This document shows, piece after piece, positions 10,431-24,431 of a stretch of DNA of 64,000 nt; position 1 is the first letter of the stretch; every line of letters starts with the position of its first letter. The translations under genes and the position numbers were made by a program. The stretch is taken from assembly GCA_966210615.1 (NCBI GenBank), contig CBIHLT010000003.1, forward strand, positions 9-64,008, written 5' to 3'. The stretch comes from an uncultured Massilia sp. GTDB taxonomy: Bacteria > Pseudomonadota > Gammaproteobacteria > Burkholderiales > Burkholderiaceae_D. Under the pieces are notes generated by a model, which saw only the letters and a list, made by a program, of their open reading frames with translations, searched no databases and had not been told where the DNA came from.

Positions 10431-12029
10431 ATGACTTCACCAGCCACCACCACTACCGTCTCCACCGGCAGCGCAGGACGCATGCCGCGGCAGATCCCCT
10501 ACATCATCGCCAACGAGGGCTGCGAGCGCTTCAGCTTCTACGGGATGCGCAACATCCTGACGCCCTTCCTGATCTCGACCCTGCTGCTGTTCGTGGCCGA
10601 GTCCGAACGCACCGGCGAAGCCAAGCACGTCTTCCACACCTTCATGATGGGCGTGTACTTCTTCCCGCTGCTGGGCGGCTGGCTGGCCGACCGCTACTAC
10701 GGCAAGTACAACACCATTTTCTGGTTCAGCCTGATCTACTGCGCCGGCCACGCCTGCCTGGCCCTGTTCGAGGACAGCGTCAACGGCTTCTACTTCGGCC
10801 TGTTCCTGATCGCCTTCGGCTCGGGCGGCATCAAGCCGCTGGTGGCTTCCTTTGTCGGCGACCAGTTCGACAAGACCAACAAGGACAAGGCCAAGGTGGT
10901 GTTCGACGCCTTCTACTGGATCATCAACTTCGGCTCCTTCTTCGCCTCGCTGCTGATGCCGATCTTCCTGCGCGACTACGGCCCCTCGGTGGCCTTCGGC
11001 ATTCCGGGCATCCTGATGTTCATCGCCACCATGGTCCTGTGGAGCGGCAAGCGCAAGTACGTGCACGTGCCGCCGGCGCCGAGCAACCCGCATTCCTTCC
11101 TGCGCGTGGTGCGCACTGCCCTGCTGGCGCAGGCGCCCGGCCAAGGCCGTCCCGGTCTGATCGTGGCCGGCATCGGCGCCATCGCCGCCGTGGTCTCGCT
11201 CGCGATGACGCCCAAGTGGGGCTTCGTGATCGCCGCCTGCACGGCGCTGGTGTTCCTGCTTGCTTTTGTCGGCATCGGCGCTTCGATGCAGCTGGACCGC
11301 GCCCGCGCCCAGCATCCGGATGAAGCGGTGGACGGCGTGCGCGCCGTGCTGCGCATCCTGATCGTGTTCGGCCTGGTCACCCCGTTCTGGTCGCTGTTCG
11401 ACCAGAAGGCCTCGACCTGGATCGTGCAGGCCAACGCCATGAGCAACGAGGTGAGCCTGTTCGGTTCGACCTTCACCATCATCCCGGCCCAGATGCAGGC
11501 CCTGAACCCGCTGCTGGTGATGATCCTTATCCCCTTCAACAACTTCGCCCTGTTCCCGCTGCTGCGCGCCATTGGCCTGGAACCGACTCCGCTGCGCCGC
11601 ATGACAACCGGCATCGCCCTGTCGGCGGCGGCCTGGGTGGTGGTCGGCAACCTGCAGGTGCAGCTCGATGCCGGCGACCCGGTCTCGATCGCCTGGCAGA
11701 TCCTGCCTTACGCGCTGCTGACCCTGGGCGAGGTGCTGGTCTCGGCCACCGGCCTGGAGTTCGCGTACAGCCAGGCCCCGGCTGCGATGAAAGGCGTGAT
11801 CATGGCGCTGTGGTACCTGGCCGTCACCGTCGGCAACCTGTGGGTCCTGATCGTGAACGCGGGCGTCAAGAACGAGGCCGTGATCGCCCACATCGAGAAC
11901 TCGGGCGTGGGCGTGATCGCCTTCCAGATGTACTTCTTCGCCGGCTTCGCGCTGCTGGCGGCGGCGGTGTTCGGCTGGTATGCGACGCGCTACAAGATGG
12001 TCGACCACTACCGCGCGACCGCGGCGTAA
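10431..12029 (+). CDS. POT/PTR family proton-dependent oligopeptide transporter
   Basis: NEGCERFSFYGMR (ExxERFxYYG), GSGGIKP, FYWIINFG and GLEFAYSQAP motifs. Confidence 0.93.
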   Translation: MTSPATTTTVSTGSAGRMPRQIPYIIANEGCERFSFYGMRNILTPFLISTLLLFVAESERTGEAKHVFHTFMMGVYFFPLLGGWLADRYYGKYNTIFWFSLIYCAGHACLALFEDSVNGFYFGLFLIAFGSGGIKPLVASFVGDQFDKTNKDKAKVVFDAFYWIINFGSFFASLLMPIFLRDYGPSVAFGIPGILMFIATMVLWSGKRKYVHVPPAPSNPHSFLRVVRTALLAQAPGQGRPGLIVAGIGAIAAVVSLAMTPKWGFVIAACTALVFLLAFVGIGASMQLDRARAQHPDEAVDGVRAVLRILIVFGLVTPFWSLFDQKASTWIVQANAMSNEVSLFGSTFTIIPAQMQALNPLLVMILIPFNNFALFPLLRAIGLEPTPLRRMTTGIALSAAAWVVVGNLQVQLDAGDPVSIAWQILPYALLTLGEVLVSATGLEFAYSQAPAAMKGVIMALWYLAVTVGNLWVLIVNAGVKNEAVIAHIENSGVGVIAFQMYFFAGFALLAAAVFGWYATRYKMVDHYRATAA

Positions 12030-12144
12030 TCCGTTCGGTGGACGGCCCGGCCGTCCACGCCTTCGGGCAGCCTCCCTATCATTTTTTTGACGGCAGCATC
12101 CCCGGCCGCTTGCAGGCGTGGACTGGGCGCCCCGTCCACCCACC

Positions 12145-14868
<2,724 letters not shown>

Positions 14869-14967
14869 GCGGGAAGATGCGAACGGGAAGCTGCGCGCGC
14901 GATACGGGGGATCAAGCCAGCCCCAATCGTGCGCGCCGCTCCTGTTGTGCGGAATACAATCTTCCGG

Positions 14968-15369
14968 ATGTGCGATACGATTCTATTGATCGAGGATAGC
15001 CAGCTCGATGCCGACCTCACGATCCTGGCTCTCGGTCAATGCGGGATCACGAACCCCGTCGTCCACGTCCCGGATGCGGAACAGGCCATCGCGCTGCTGG
15101 GCGCCACGGCAAGCGAGCCGGGTGCGCGCGACTTCGGCCTGATCCTGCTCGATGTGCGCATGCCCAAGATCGACGGCTTCGAAGTGTTGAAATTCATCCG
15201 CTCGGTCCCGCACCTGCAGGATGTCCCGGCCGTGGTGATGACCGAGGTGCCGGTCGAGGCCGACCGCATGCGCGCCTCCCTGCTGGGGGCGGCCAACTAC
15301 ATGGCCAAGGCGATGGGGGTGAGCGAATATTCCCAGCTGCTGCGCATCACCCTCACGCCCTTCATCTGA
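14968..15369 (+). CDS. Single-domain response regulator (orphan)
   Basis: ILLIEDS...LILLDVRMPKIDG...VVMT...YMAK: acidic pocket, phospho-Asp, Thr and Lys all present. Confidence 0.88.
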   Translation: MCDTILLIEDSQLDADLTILALGQCGITNPVVHVPDAEQAIALLGATASEPGARDFGLILLDVRMPKIDGFEVLKFIRSVPHLQDVPAVVMTEVPVEADRMRASLLGAANYMAKAMGVSEYSQLLRITLTPFI

Positions 15370-15370
15370 G

Positions 15371-15682
15371 TTACTGCTGGCTCGTCAGCCGCGCGATCTC
15401 GACCGACCCCTTCTCGTCGAAGATCGGGCACTCCTCCGCCAGCCGCACGGCTTCGTTGAAATCCGCCGCCGCGATCACCGAATAGCCCGAGAGCGAAGCG
15501 CTGTTGAGCTTGGGACCGCGCAAGCGGCTCGGCACCTCGACGCTGCTGTGCGCCAGGCCGCCGCGCTCTACCAGGGCGGAGCCGAGCGCGCTGAACCACG
15601 CATCCCAGCGTGCGGGATCGTGTTGCAGGCCTTCCGCCTCGTCGACGGTCGACCCTCGGTAAACGATCAGGTATCGTTCCAT
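15371..15682 (-). CDS. YciI/DGPF-like small protein
   Basis: WDAWF..LG..LV..G...LSGYSVIAAAD..EAV..AE.CP...GSVEI pattern. Confidence 0.75.
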   Translation of the reverse strand: MERYLIVYRGSTVDEAEGLQHDPARWDAWFSALGSALVERGGLAHSSVEVPSRLRGPKLNSASLSGYSVIAAADFNEAVRLAEECPIFDEKGSVEIARLTSQQ

Positions 15683-15854
15683 GCCGGCTCCTTCGCAATC
15701 GATGTCTGGATGCCAAAACCATAACAGAAGCCCCGGGCCGGTGACGCACAGCTGCTGCGCCGCGCTGCCGCCGGGCACCGTATGTATCCGTTTGTAATGG
15801 ACAGTCCGGCCATCCGGCGCTAGGCTGGGTCATCTTCCTTGCCCGGGACTTGCC

Positions 15855-16826
15855 ATGCCTTTGCTGTTGCGCCGCCTTGCAGCGGGTCTGTCGTTCGTCT
15901 TCGCCCTGCCCCTGGCCGCCGCCGCCCAGCCGGCCGCCGACCATCACCAGCACCTGTTCAGCCCGGGCATCATCGAGCTGCTCAAGCCCGGTCCCACCGG
16001 GCCGCAGCCACTCCCGGCCGAGGACCTGGTCGGCTACCTGGACAAGGCCGGCATCCGGCGCGCGGCGATCATGTCGGTGGCCTACATGTATGGGCGCCCG
16101 TCGCGCGTGATCGAGGACGAATACGGCAAGGTGAAGGCGGAGAACGACTGGACCGGCGCCCAGGCGGCCAGGTATCCGGAGCGCCTGCGCGCTTTCTGCG
16201 GCTTCAATCCGCTCAAGGACTACGCGCTGGCCGAGCTGGAGCGCTGTGCCGCGCACAAGCAGCTGCGGCACGGGATCAAGATGCACTTCGGGAATTCGGA
16301 TGTGCAGCTGGACAAGCCGGAGCACATCGCCAGGCTGAAGGAAGTCTTCCGCGCCGCCAACCGCCACCGCATGGCGATCGCGATCCACCTGCGCGCCTCG
16401 ATCTCGCTCAAGCGCCCGTATGGCGAAGCCCAGGCGCGCGCCTTCCTCGAGCAGCTGATGCCGCTGGCGGCCGACATTCCGGTGCAGGTGGCGCACTTCG
16501 CCGGCGCCGGTCCGGGCTACGACGACCCGCCGGCCAACGAGGTCATGCGCGTCTTCGCCGAGGCGGCGGCGCGGCGCGATCCGAACACGCGCCAGTTGTA
16601 CTTCGACGTGGCCTCGATCGCCACGCCGGACATCACGCCGGAGCATGCGCGCGAGATGGTGCAGCGGATACGGATGGTGGGCGTCGACAAGGTGCTGTTC
16701 GGGTCGGATGCGGTCACGCCGACGAACATGCATCCGCGCGAGGCCTGGGCTGCGTTCACGGCCTTGCCGCTGACGAGGGAAGAGATCGAGCGCGTTGCCG
16801 CCAACGTCGCGCCCTATTTACGCTGA
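15855..16826 (+). CDS. Exported amidohydrolase-family protein
   Basis: Signal peptide, ADHHQH metal motif, GIKMH, AHFAG, VLFGSD. Confidence 0.88.
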   Translation: MPLLLRRLAAGLSFVFALPLAAAAQPAADHHQHLFSPGIIELLKPGPTGPQPLPAEDLVGYLDKAGIRRAAIMSVAYMYGRPSRVIEDEYGKVKAENDWTGAQAARYPERLRAFCGFNPLKDYALAELERCAAHKQLRHGIKMHFGNSDVQLDKPEHIARLKEVFRAANRHRMAIAIHLRASISLKRPYGEAQARAFLEQLMPLAADIPVQVAHFAGAGPGYDDPPANEVMRVFAEAAARRDPNTRQLYFDVASIATPDITPEHAREMVQRIRMVGVDKVLFGSDAVTPTNMHPREAWAAFTALPLTREEIERVAANVAPYLR

Positions 16827-16934
16827 AGTTCCTGCTCGACGCACCCGGCGGGCAGCGTAGTCCTGGCGCAGCCCGCCACGCCCTTGTCCCTGCCGCCGGC
16901 GCACATGCGGAGCGGCAGGTGGCGGATCGTCCCC

Positions 16935-18791
16935 TCAGATATCCAGGTGCGAGATCAGGAGCCTGCGCTCTTCGATGTCGGCCTGGCTGCCCTCCCCCTG
17001 CGCGCCGAGCGAGATCCCGACCGACATGATGTCGACCAGGAGCAGCTGCAGGATGCGCGAGATCATCGACAGGAAGGTCGTGCTGTCCTCGGTGTGGTCG
17101 ACCGCCAGGCAAACGTTGGCTTTCTTGGCCAGCGCCGACTTGCTGCTGGTGATGGCAATGACCTCGGCGCCGGCGGCGCGCGCGGTGTCGACCGCTTCCA
17201 GCAGCTCGGGCAGCTGGCCGGCGGTGGAGATCGCGATCGCCACGTCGCCCGGTCCCAGCAGGCCGGCTGCCAGGTTCAGCAGGTGCGAGTCGCCGTACAG
17301 CGCGGCCGGGATGCGGAAGCGGAAGAACTTGTGCTGGGCGTCCAGCGCCACCGCGCGCGAATTGCCCATCGCGTAGAACTCCACCCGGCGCGCGCGGCGC
17401 AGGATCTCGATGGCGCGGTCGATCGCGTGCACGTCGAGCTGGTCGCGGAATTTCAGGATCGCCGACACGGTGTTGTCGATCACCTTGGCCGACAGGTCGT
17501 GGGTGCTGTCGCTCATGCGCACCTGGCTGTGGCGCACCGGGATGGTGCCGGTCAGGCTGCCTGCGAACTTGAGCTTGAACTCGGCCAGGCCCTGGAAGCC
17601 GAGCGAGCGGCAGAAGCGGATCACGGTCGGCTGGCTCACGTCCGCCAGGCGCGCGATCTCGGCGATCGGCTCGGACAAGACCTTGCGCGGATGCTCGATG
17701 ACGAGCGCCGCGACGCGCTGCTCGGCCGGCGAGAGCTCGTGGCGCAACTGCTGCACGCGGTCCATCAGGGTGTTGGCGCCGCTACGGCCGCGCAGGTGTT
17801 CGGACAGGATCGCCGACACGCCGTACAGGGCCGGATTCGGCGTCATGATCACGTAGGTCGGGATCTGCGCCAGGTAGTCGGTGAAGCGGCCCTTGGCCTC
17901 GAAACGCGCGCGGAAGGGCGAGGCGGCGAACCACTCGGCGATGCGCGGCACGATGCCGCCGCCGATGAAGATGCCGCCGAATGCGCCCAGGGTCACGGCC
18001 AGGTTGGCGGCCGCGCCGCCGAGCATGCCGCAGAAGCACTCCAGCACTTCCAGGCACAGCGGATCCTCCGCTTCCAGCGCGCCGGCCACGATGGCGGCCG
18101 CGTCGCGCGGCGGCGCGTTGACGCCGTTGCGCTGGGCCAGCGCGCGGTAGATGATTTCCATGCCGGGGCCGGAGATCAGGCGCTCGTTCGAGACGTGCTG
18201 CCACTCGCGCCAGGCGTACTGCAGGATGGCGAACTCGCGCTCGTCGGCCGGGGCGAAGTTGACGTGGCCGCCCTCCGAGCCGAGGGTGACGAAGCCGTCC
18301 ATGGTCGGGATCACGCCCGACACGCCCAGGCCGGTGCCGGGGCCGAGCAGGCCGGCCACCGCATGGCTCTGCGGCGCGCCGCCGCCGATCTGCAGCAGGT
18401 CCTTGGGCTGGAAGCCCGGCAGTGCCATCGCCAGCGCGGTGAAGTCGTTCACGATCAGCAGCGTCGACAGGCCGAAGTTGCGGCGCACCTCGTCGGTCGA
18501 GAACTGCCAGTCGCGGTTGGTCATGCGGATGGTGTCGCCGCTGATCGGGTTGGCCAGCGCGAAGGCGGCGTGCAGGATGCGCGTGCCCTGGATCTGCGCC
18601 AGGTAGGCCTCCAGCAGCGGCACGATGCCGGAATAGTCGTCGCAGCGCAGCACGGCGACCTTGCTCAGCACGCCGGGCGCGGTTTCGAGGCCAAAGCGCG
18701 CGTGAGTCGCGCCGATGTCGGCCAGCAGGCGCGGGCCGTCGGCGAATGCCGCGCGGGTGGGTTTCAGTTCGGTGGAAGGATCGACGGTCAT
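16935..18791 (-). CDS. glk: Bifunctional glucokinase / HexR fusion, copy 2
   Basis: Same architecture as 6681-8543 with long identical peptide blocks. Start trimmed to ATG 18791 (MTVDPSTELK). Confidence 0.93.
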   Translation of the reverse strand: MTVDPSTELKPTRAAFADGPRLLADIGATHARFGLETAPGVLSKVAVLRCDDYSGIVPLLEAYLAQIQGTRILHAAFALANPISGDTIRMTNRDWQFSTDEVRRNFGLSTLLIVNDFTALAMALPGFQPKDLLQIGGGAPQSHAVAGLLGPGTGLGVSGVIPTMDGFVTLGSEGGHVNFAPADEREFAILQYAWREWQHVSNERLISGPGMEIIYRALAQRNGVNAPPRDAAAIVAGALEAEDPLCLEVLECFCGMLGGAAANLAVTLGAFGGIFIGGGIVPRIAEWFAASPFRARFEAKGRFTDYLAQIPTYVIMTPNPALYGVSAILSEHLRGRSGANTLMDRVQQLRHELSPAEQRVAALVIEHPRKVLSEPIAEIARLADVSQPTVIRFCRSLGFQGLAEFKLKFAGSLTGTIPVRHSQVRMSDSTHDLSAKVIDNTVSAILKFRDQLDVHAIDRAIEILRRARRVEFYAMGNSRAVALDAQHKFFRFRIPAALYGDSHLLNLAAGLLGPGDVAIAISTAGQLPELLEAVDTARAAGAEVIAITSSKSALAKKANVCLAVDHTEDSTTFLSMISRILQLLLVDIMSVGISLGAQGEGSQADIEERRLLISHLDI

Positions 18792-18869
18792 CGCGGTAGG
18801 ATACCATTGATCTCCAGGGAGAAAAACCGGTGGGGTTGCTAGGTTATGGCGTGGCTGCTCAAAGAAACA

Positions 18870-18973
18870 TGGGTCCCCGCCTTCGCGGGGATGACGGATG
18901 AGTGAGCTGGCCACAATCCTGATCGTAGTCCGCTACCCTTCCTCCGTCATCCCCGCGAAGGCCGGGAACCAGG
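18870..18973. repeat. Inverted pair of REP-like palindromes (REPIN-like doublet)
   Basis: TGGGTCCCCGCCTTCGCGGGGATGACGG (18870-18897) and CCGTCATCCCCGCGAAGGCCGGGAACCAGG (18944-18973) are near reverse complements, 46 nt apart. Confidence 0.75.
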
Positions 18974-18988
18974 TTTGCGTGCACACCA

Positions 18989-20806
18989 CTAGCCCAGCAA
19001 CTTCCTCACCTCGGGAACCGACAACTCCCTTCCCCGCGCCGCCTGGAACCGCTGCAGCACCCCTTCGATTTCCCGCGCCGGCCTAGCCCGGCTGAACAGC
19101 CACCCTTGCACGCAATGCGCCCCTCGCCCGACCAGCCATTCCAGGTCCGCCTCGTCCTCCAGCCCCTCGCACACCAGCTCCGCATGAAACACCCCGGCAA
19201 TGCCCTGGATGAGCGCAAACAGCCCCGCCTTCTTGCGGTCCCCCGCAACCCCGTGCACGAACTGCCGGTCCACCTTGAGCCGGTCGAAGTGAAAATTCCC
19301 GAGCGCGTCGAGATTGGACGAGCCGGTGCCGAAGTCGTCGACGGCGATGCGCACGCCCAGCCCGCGCAGCGCGGCGATGCGCGCATGCAGCGGCTGCAGG
19401 GAGTCGAGCAGCACGCTCTCGGTCACCTCCAGCTCGAGCAGGCTGCCGGGCGTGCCGGTCCGCTCCAGTATCGCGCCGATACGCGCGAATACGTCGGCAT
19501 GCATCAGCGACACCCGCGAGAAGTTGAGCGACACCGGCGCCAGCTTCACGCCCCTGGCGCGCCAGCCGCCCAGGTCGCGGCACACCAGTTCCAGCACGTG
19601 CAGGTCGAGCTCGATGATGCGGCCCGAGGTCTCCGCCTGCGGCACGAACATCCCCGGCCCCACCAGCCCGAACTCGGGATGGCGCCAGCGCACCAGCGCT
19701 TCCAGGCCGATCAGGCGGCCGGCGGCGACGTCGATCTGGGGCTGGTAGTGGACTTCGAGCCGCCCGTGGCGGCCGTCGCCGCGGATCGCTTCGCCCAGCT
19801 CGTAGCGCAGGCGCGTGCGCTCCACCAGGGCGCTGTCGTACTCGCGCGCCACGCTGGCGTCGATGTGGCGCGCAATCGTGGCCGCGGCCGTGTCGGCGGC
19901 ATCGAGCACATCGGCCGGGTCGCCACGGTAGGGCGCCGTCTGGCGCTGGATGCCGATGCGGGCATGCAAGGTCTGGGCATAACCGTCGCCCAGGTCGAAA
20001 GGCCGGTCGATGAGCGCGCACAGCCTCACGATCCTTTCGTCATGCCGCTCCGGCTCCGCACTCAGGGCGAAGGCGAAGCGGTCGCCGCCGAGGTGGCCGA
20101 GTAGCGTGCCCTCGCCGTCCCACTCCTCCAGCCGCTGGCCGACCATGCGCAGGATGCGGTCACCGGCCGCGCGGCCGAACATGCCGTTCACCTGGCGGAA
20201 ACCCACCAGGTCGATGAAGCCGACCGTCACCGAGCCCGATTCCCGCGCCAGCAGGCGGCCCAGGTGGTGCAGGAAGACGGAACGGTTGAACATCCCGGTG
20301 GCCGGGTCGCAATAACGCAGCTCGAGGATGTCGGTGACGATGCGCGCCATCAGCGTGAGCCTGGCGGCCTGGCCGGTGTCGAGCCGGCGCGGCTTCCTGC
20401 TCATCACCCACAGGGTGCCGCGCAGGCTGTGGCCGGGACTCCTCAATGGAGCGGCTGCGTAGTGGCGGTAATGGGGCGGCGCCGTGACCAGGGGATTGCC
20501 GGTAAAGCGCGGGTCGCCCCAGGCGTCCTCCACCTCGAACCATGGCGCGCCCTCGTCCAGCGCGCGGTTGCAGAACGAGCCCGCGCGCGGCAATACCTGG
20601 TTCTCGATGCCGAAGCGCGACGGCAGCCAGATCTGCGACTGGAACATGAGGCTGATGCCGCCGATATCGGCACCGGCTGTGACGACGGCCAGCCGCGTGA
20701 GGTAGTCGAGCCTGGGATCCGGCGGGTCCAGCAGCAGCGCGTCGTTGGCGACGACCAAGGGATAGGCCTGGTCCCGCCGTGCGGACACGGCGATGCCATA
20801 CGACAT
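18989..20806 (-). CDS. GAF - degenerate GGDEF - EAL protein (probable c-di-GMP phosphodiesterase)
   Basis: GAF (DPRF..NPLV...YAAAPL...GTLWV), GGDRF in place of GGDEF, and EAL motifs EALVRW, LEVTES, DDFGTG, KVD, EG.E. Start uncertain (20806 or 20869). Confidence 0.9.
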   Translation of the reverse strand: MSYGIAVSARRDQAYPLVVANDALLLDPPDPRLDYLTRLAVVTAGADIGGISLMFQSQIWLPSRFGIENQVLPRAGSFCNRALDEGAPWFEVEDAWGDPRFTGNPLVTAPPHYRHYAAAPLRSPGHSLRGTLWVMSRKPRRLDTGQAARLTLMARIVTDILELRYCDPATGMFNRSVFLHHLGRLLARESGSVTVGFIDLVGFRQVNGMFGRAAGDRILRMVGQRLEEWDGEGTLLGHLGGDRFAFALSAEPERHDERIVRLCALIDRPFDLGDGYAQTLHARIGIQRQTAPYRGDPADVLDAADTAAATIARHIDASVAREYDSALVERTRLRYELGEAIRGDGRHGRLEVHYQPQIDVAAGRLIGLEALVRWRHPEFGLVGPGMFVPQAETSGRIIELDLHVLELVCRDLGGWRARGVKLAPVSLNFSRVSLMHADVFARIGAILERTGTPGSLLELEVTESVLLDSLQPLHARIAALRGLGVRIAVDDFGTGSSNLDALGNFHFDRLKVDRQFVHGVAGDRKKAGLFALIQGIAGVFHAELVCEGLEDEADLEWLVGRGAHCVQGWLFSRARPAREIEGVLQRFQAARGRELSVPEVRKLLG

Positions 20807-20997
20807 CACGGCGCCGGCCGCGCCGTCCAGGCGACTATAGGTCCATCCTCCTGCCCTGTCTTCGCGCATCCGCTCACCCGCCTCGCATAAACCTGCGGCC
20901 AATGCTTATTCCAAAACGCTGATCCGGCTTAGATTAGCAGCATTCCGCAGGAGGGCGCGCACCGCCCAGGCAGGGCATGGAGCGGTGCGGGCATGGC

Positions 20998-22683
20998 TCA
21001 GTGCTGGGCGATCAGCGCCACCGGGCTGCGGCTGTCGAACTGCACCTTGCCGTCCTTGACCACGGCGGTCTTGCCCGAGTACCAGTCGCGCACGGTCTGG
21101 CCGTCGTTGAACACGCCGCCCACCGGAATCGCCACCGCCTTGTCGGCGGGCAGGTCGAGCGCGACCACCACGCGGTCGCTCAGGCCGCCCTGGCTCCAGG
21201 TGCGCTTGAAGGTATAGGGGCTGTGGTGGATCATCTGGTGGACGCCGGCGCCCACCGCCGGGTGCGCCGCGCGGAAGCGGCCCAGGCGCGCCCAGTGCTC
21301 GTGCACTTCGCCCACGCGCGTGGTTCCGCGCTGGGCGTTGGCGGCCAGCTCGTCCCAGTTCATGAACGAGCGCAGCGTGGCGTCGCCGACCGCGCCGTCG
21401 ATCTTGAGCAGGCGCGCGGTCTCGTCGCCGTAGTAGATCTGAGCCGCGCCCGGGGCCAGCAGCAGCTTGTTGGCGGACTCGAAGGGACGCTCGCGCAGGG
21501 CGTCGAACGGCCCGCCGTCGTCGTGCGAGCTGATGTAGTTCAGCACCGAATAGCCCTTCATGTCGCCGTGGAGGGTCTTCGAGTAGCTGGAGAACAGCTT
21601 CTCGTAGCCCTGGGCCGCGTCCGACTTCATGGCGAAGTTGATCATGCTGTCGAAGCCGTTGGCCAGGTAGTCGACGAAGTCGCCGCCGCCCAGATCGTAC
21701 TTGTGGCCGTGGCCGATGGCGTAGCCGTAGACTTCGGACACCATCCAGAACGGCGTATCGCCGGGCTTTTTCGCAGGATTGGCCTTCTTCCAGTCTTCAT
21801 AGGCCAGGCTGGCCTCCTTCTTCAGCTCCTTCCACACGCTGGCCTCGGTGTGCTTGACGGTGTCGGCGCGGAAGCCGTCGAAGCCGTACTTGCGCACCCA
21901 GTCGGCGTGCCACTTGACCAGGTAGTAGCGCGGCGCGCGCGGGTAGCCGGTGCGCTTGAAGAAGGCGTCGAGTTCCTTCACTTCGCGCTCGTAGCGCCCT
22001 TCCTTCTTCCATTTCGCCGCCAGCATCGGCGGCAGCTCGACGGCCGCGTTGCTGTGGGTGAGGAAGTCCGGCAGGTTGTCGACCAGGGTGCAGTCCTGGG
22101 TGGTGCGCGCGTCCTTGAAGGTGCACTTGGGGCCGGTGCGCACCCAGGACTTCGGCCAGGCCGGGTCCTGCTCCGTGACCGGGCCGGTGTGGTTCATCAC
22201 CACGTCCAGGATCACGCGGATGCCGTTGGCGTGGGCGGTGTCGACCAGGGTGCGCACGTCCTCCTCGGTGCCGAGCGCCGCATCGACCGCCGTGAAGTCC
22301 TTGGCCCAGTAGCCGTGGAAGCCGTAGCTCTTGCCCGTGCCTTCGTCGGTGCCGGCGTGGATCTGCTCCACCGGCGGCGTGATCCAGATCGCGTCCACGC
22401 CCAGGTTCTTGAAGTAACCCTCGCGGATCTTGGCCGTGACGCCGGCCAGGTCGCCGCCCATGAAACCGCGCAGCTTGGCCGCGTCCTGCTTGCGGCCGTA
22501 GGCGCCGTCGTTTGCCGGGTTGCCGTTGTTGAAGCGGTCCGTCAGCAGGAAGTAGACGGTCGCGTTCTCCCAGACGAAGGGCTTGGCCTGCACAGATGCG
22601 GGCGCGGTCTGGGCAGCGGCCAGCGGCGCGTGGGCGGCGCCGAAGGCCAGCAGCAGGGAGGCGGCAAGGACGGGAAGTTTCAT
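20998..22683 (-). CDS. Exported GH13 alpha-amylase
   Basis: Signal peptide, YFLLTDRF.NG, GGDLAG, FHGYW, DVVMNH, GFRADTVKH, SEVYG, SHDD. Confidence 0.95.
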   Translation of the reverse strand: MKLPVLAASLLLAFGAAHAPLAAAQTAPASVQAKPFVWENATVYFLLTDRFNNGNPANDGAYGRKQDAAKLRGFMGGDLAGVTAKIREGYFKNLGVDAIWITPPVEQIHAGTDEGTGKSYGFHGYWAKDFTAVDAALGTEEDVRTLVDTAHANGIRVILDVVMNHTGPVTEQDPAWPKSWVRTGPKCTFKDARTTQDCTLVDNLPDFLTHSNAAVELPPMLAAKWKKEGRYEREVKELDAFFKRTGYPRAPRYYLVKWHADWVRKYGFDGFRADTVKHTEASVWKELKKEASLAYEDWKKANPAKKPGDTPFWMVSEVYGYAIGHGHKYDLGGGDFVDYLANGFDSMINFAMKSDAAQGYEKLFSSYSKTLHGDMKGYSVLNYISSHDDGGPFDALRERPFESANKLLLAPGAAQIYYGDETARLLKIDGAVGDATLRSFMNWDELAANAQRGTTRVGEVHEHWARLGRFRAAHPAVGAGVHQMIHHSPYTFKRTWSQGGLSDRVVVALDLPADKAVAIPVGGVFNDGQTVRDWYSGKTAVVKDGKVQFDSRSPVALIAQH

Positions 22684-22711
22684 GCGGGTTTCCTGTGTGG
22701 TGGGTGGTGGG

Positions 22712-24394
<1,683 letters not shown>

Positions 24395-24431
24395 TTACGA
24401 TACGACAGGAGCAGGATTGATGGCGCAGGTT

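Noticed and set aside
18870-18973. Possible mini-CRISPR array
   Set aside because: Only two copies, in inverted orientation, with no cas genes; better explained as REP-like.
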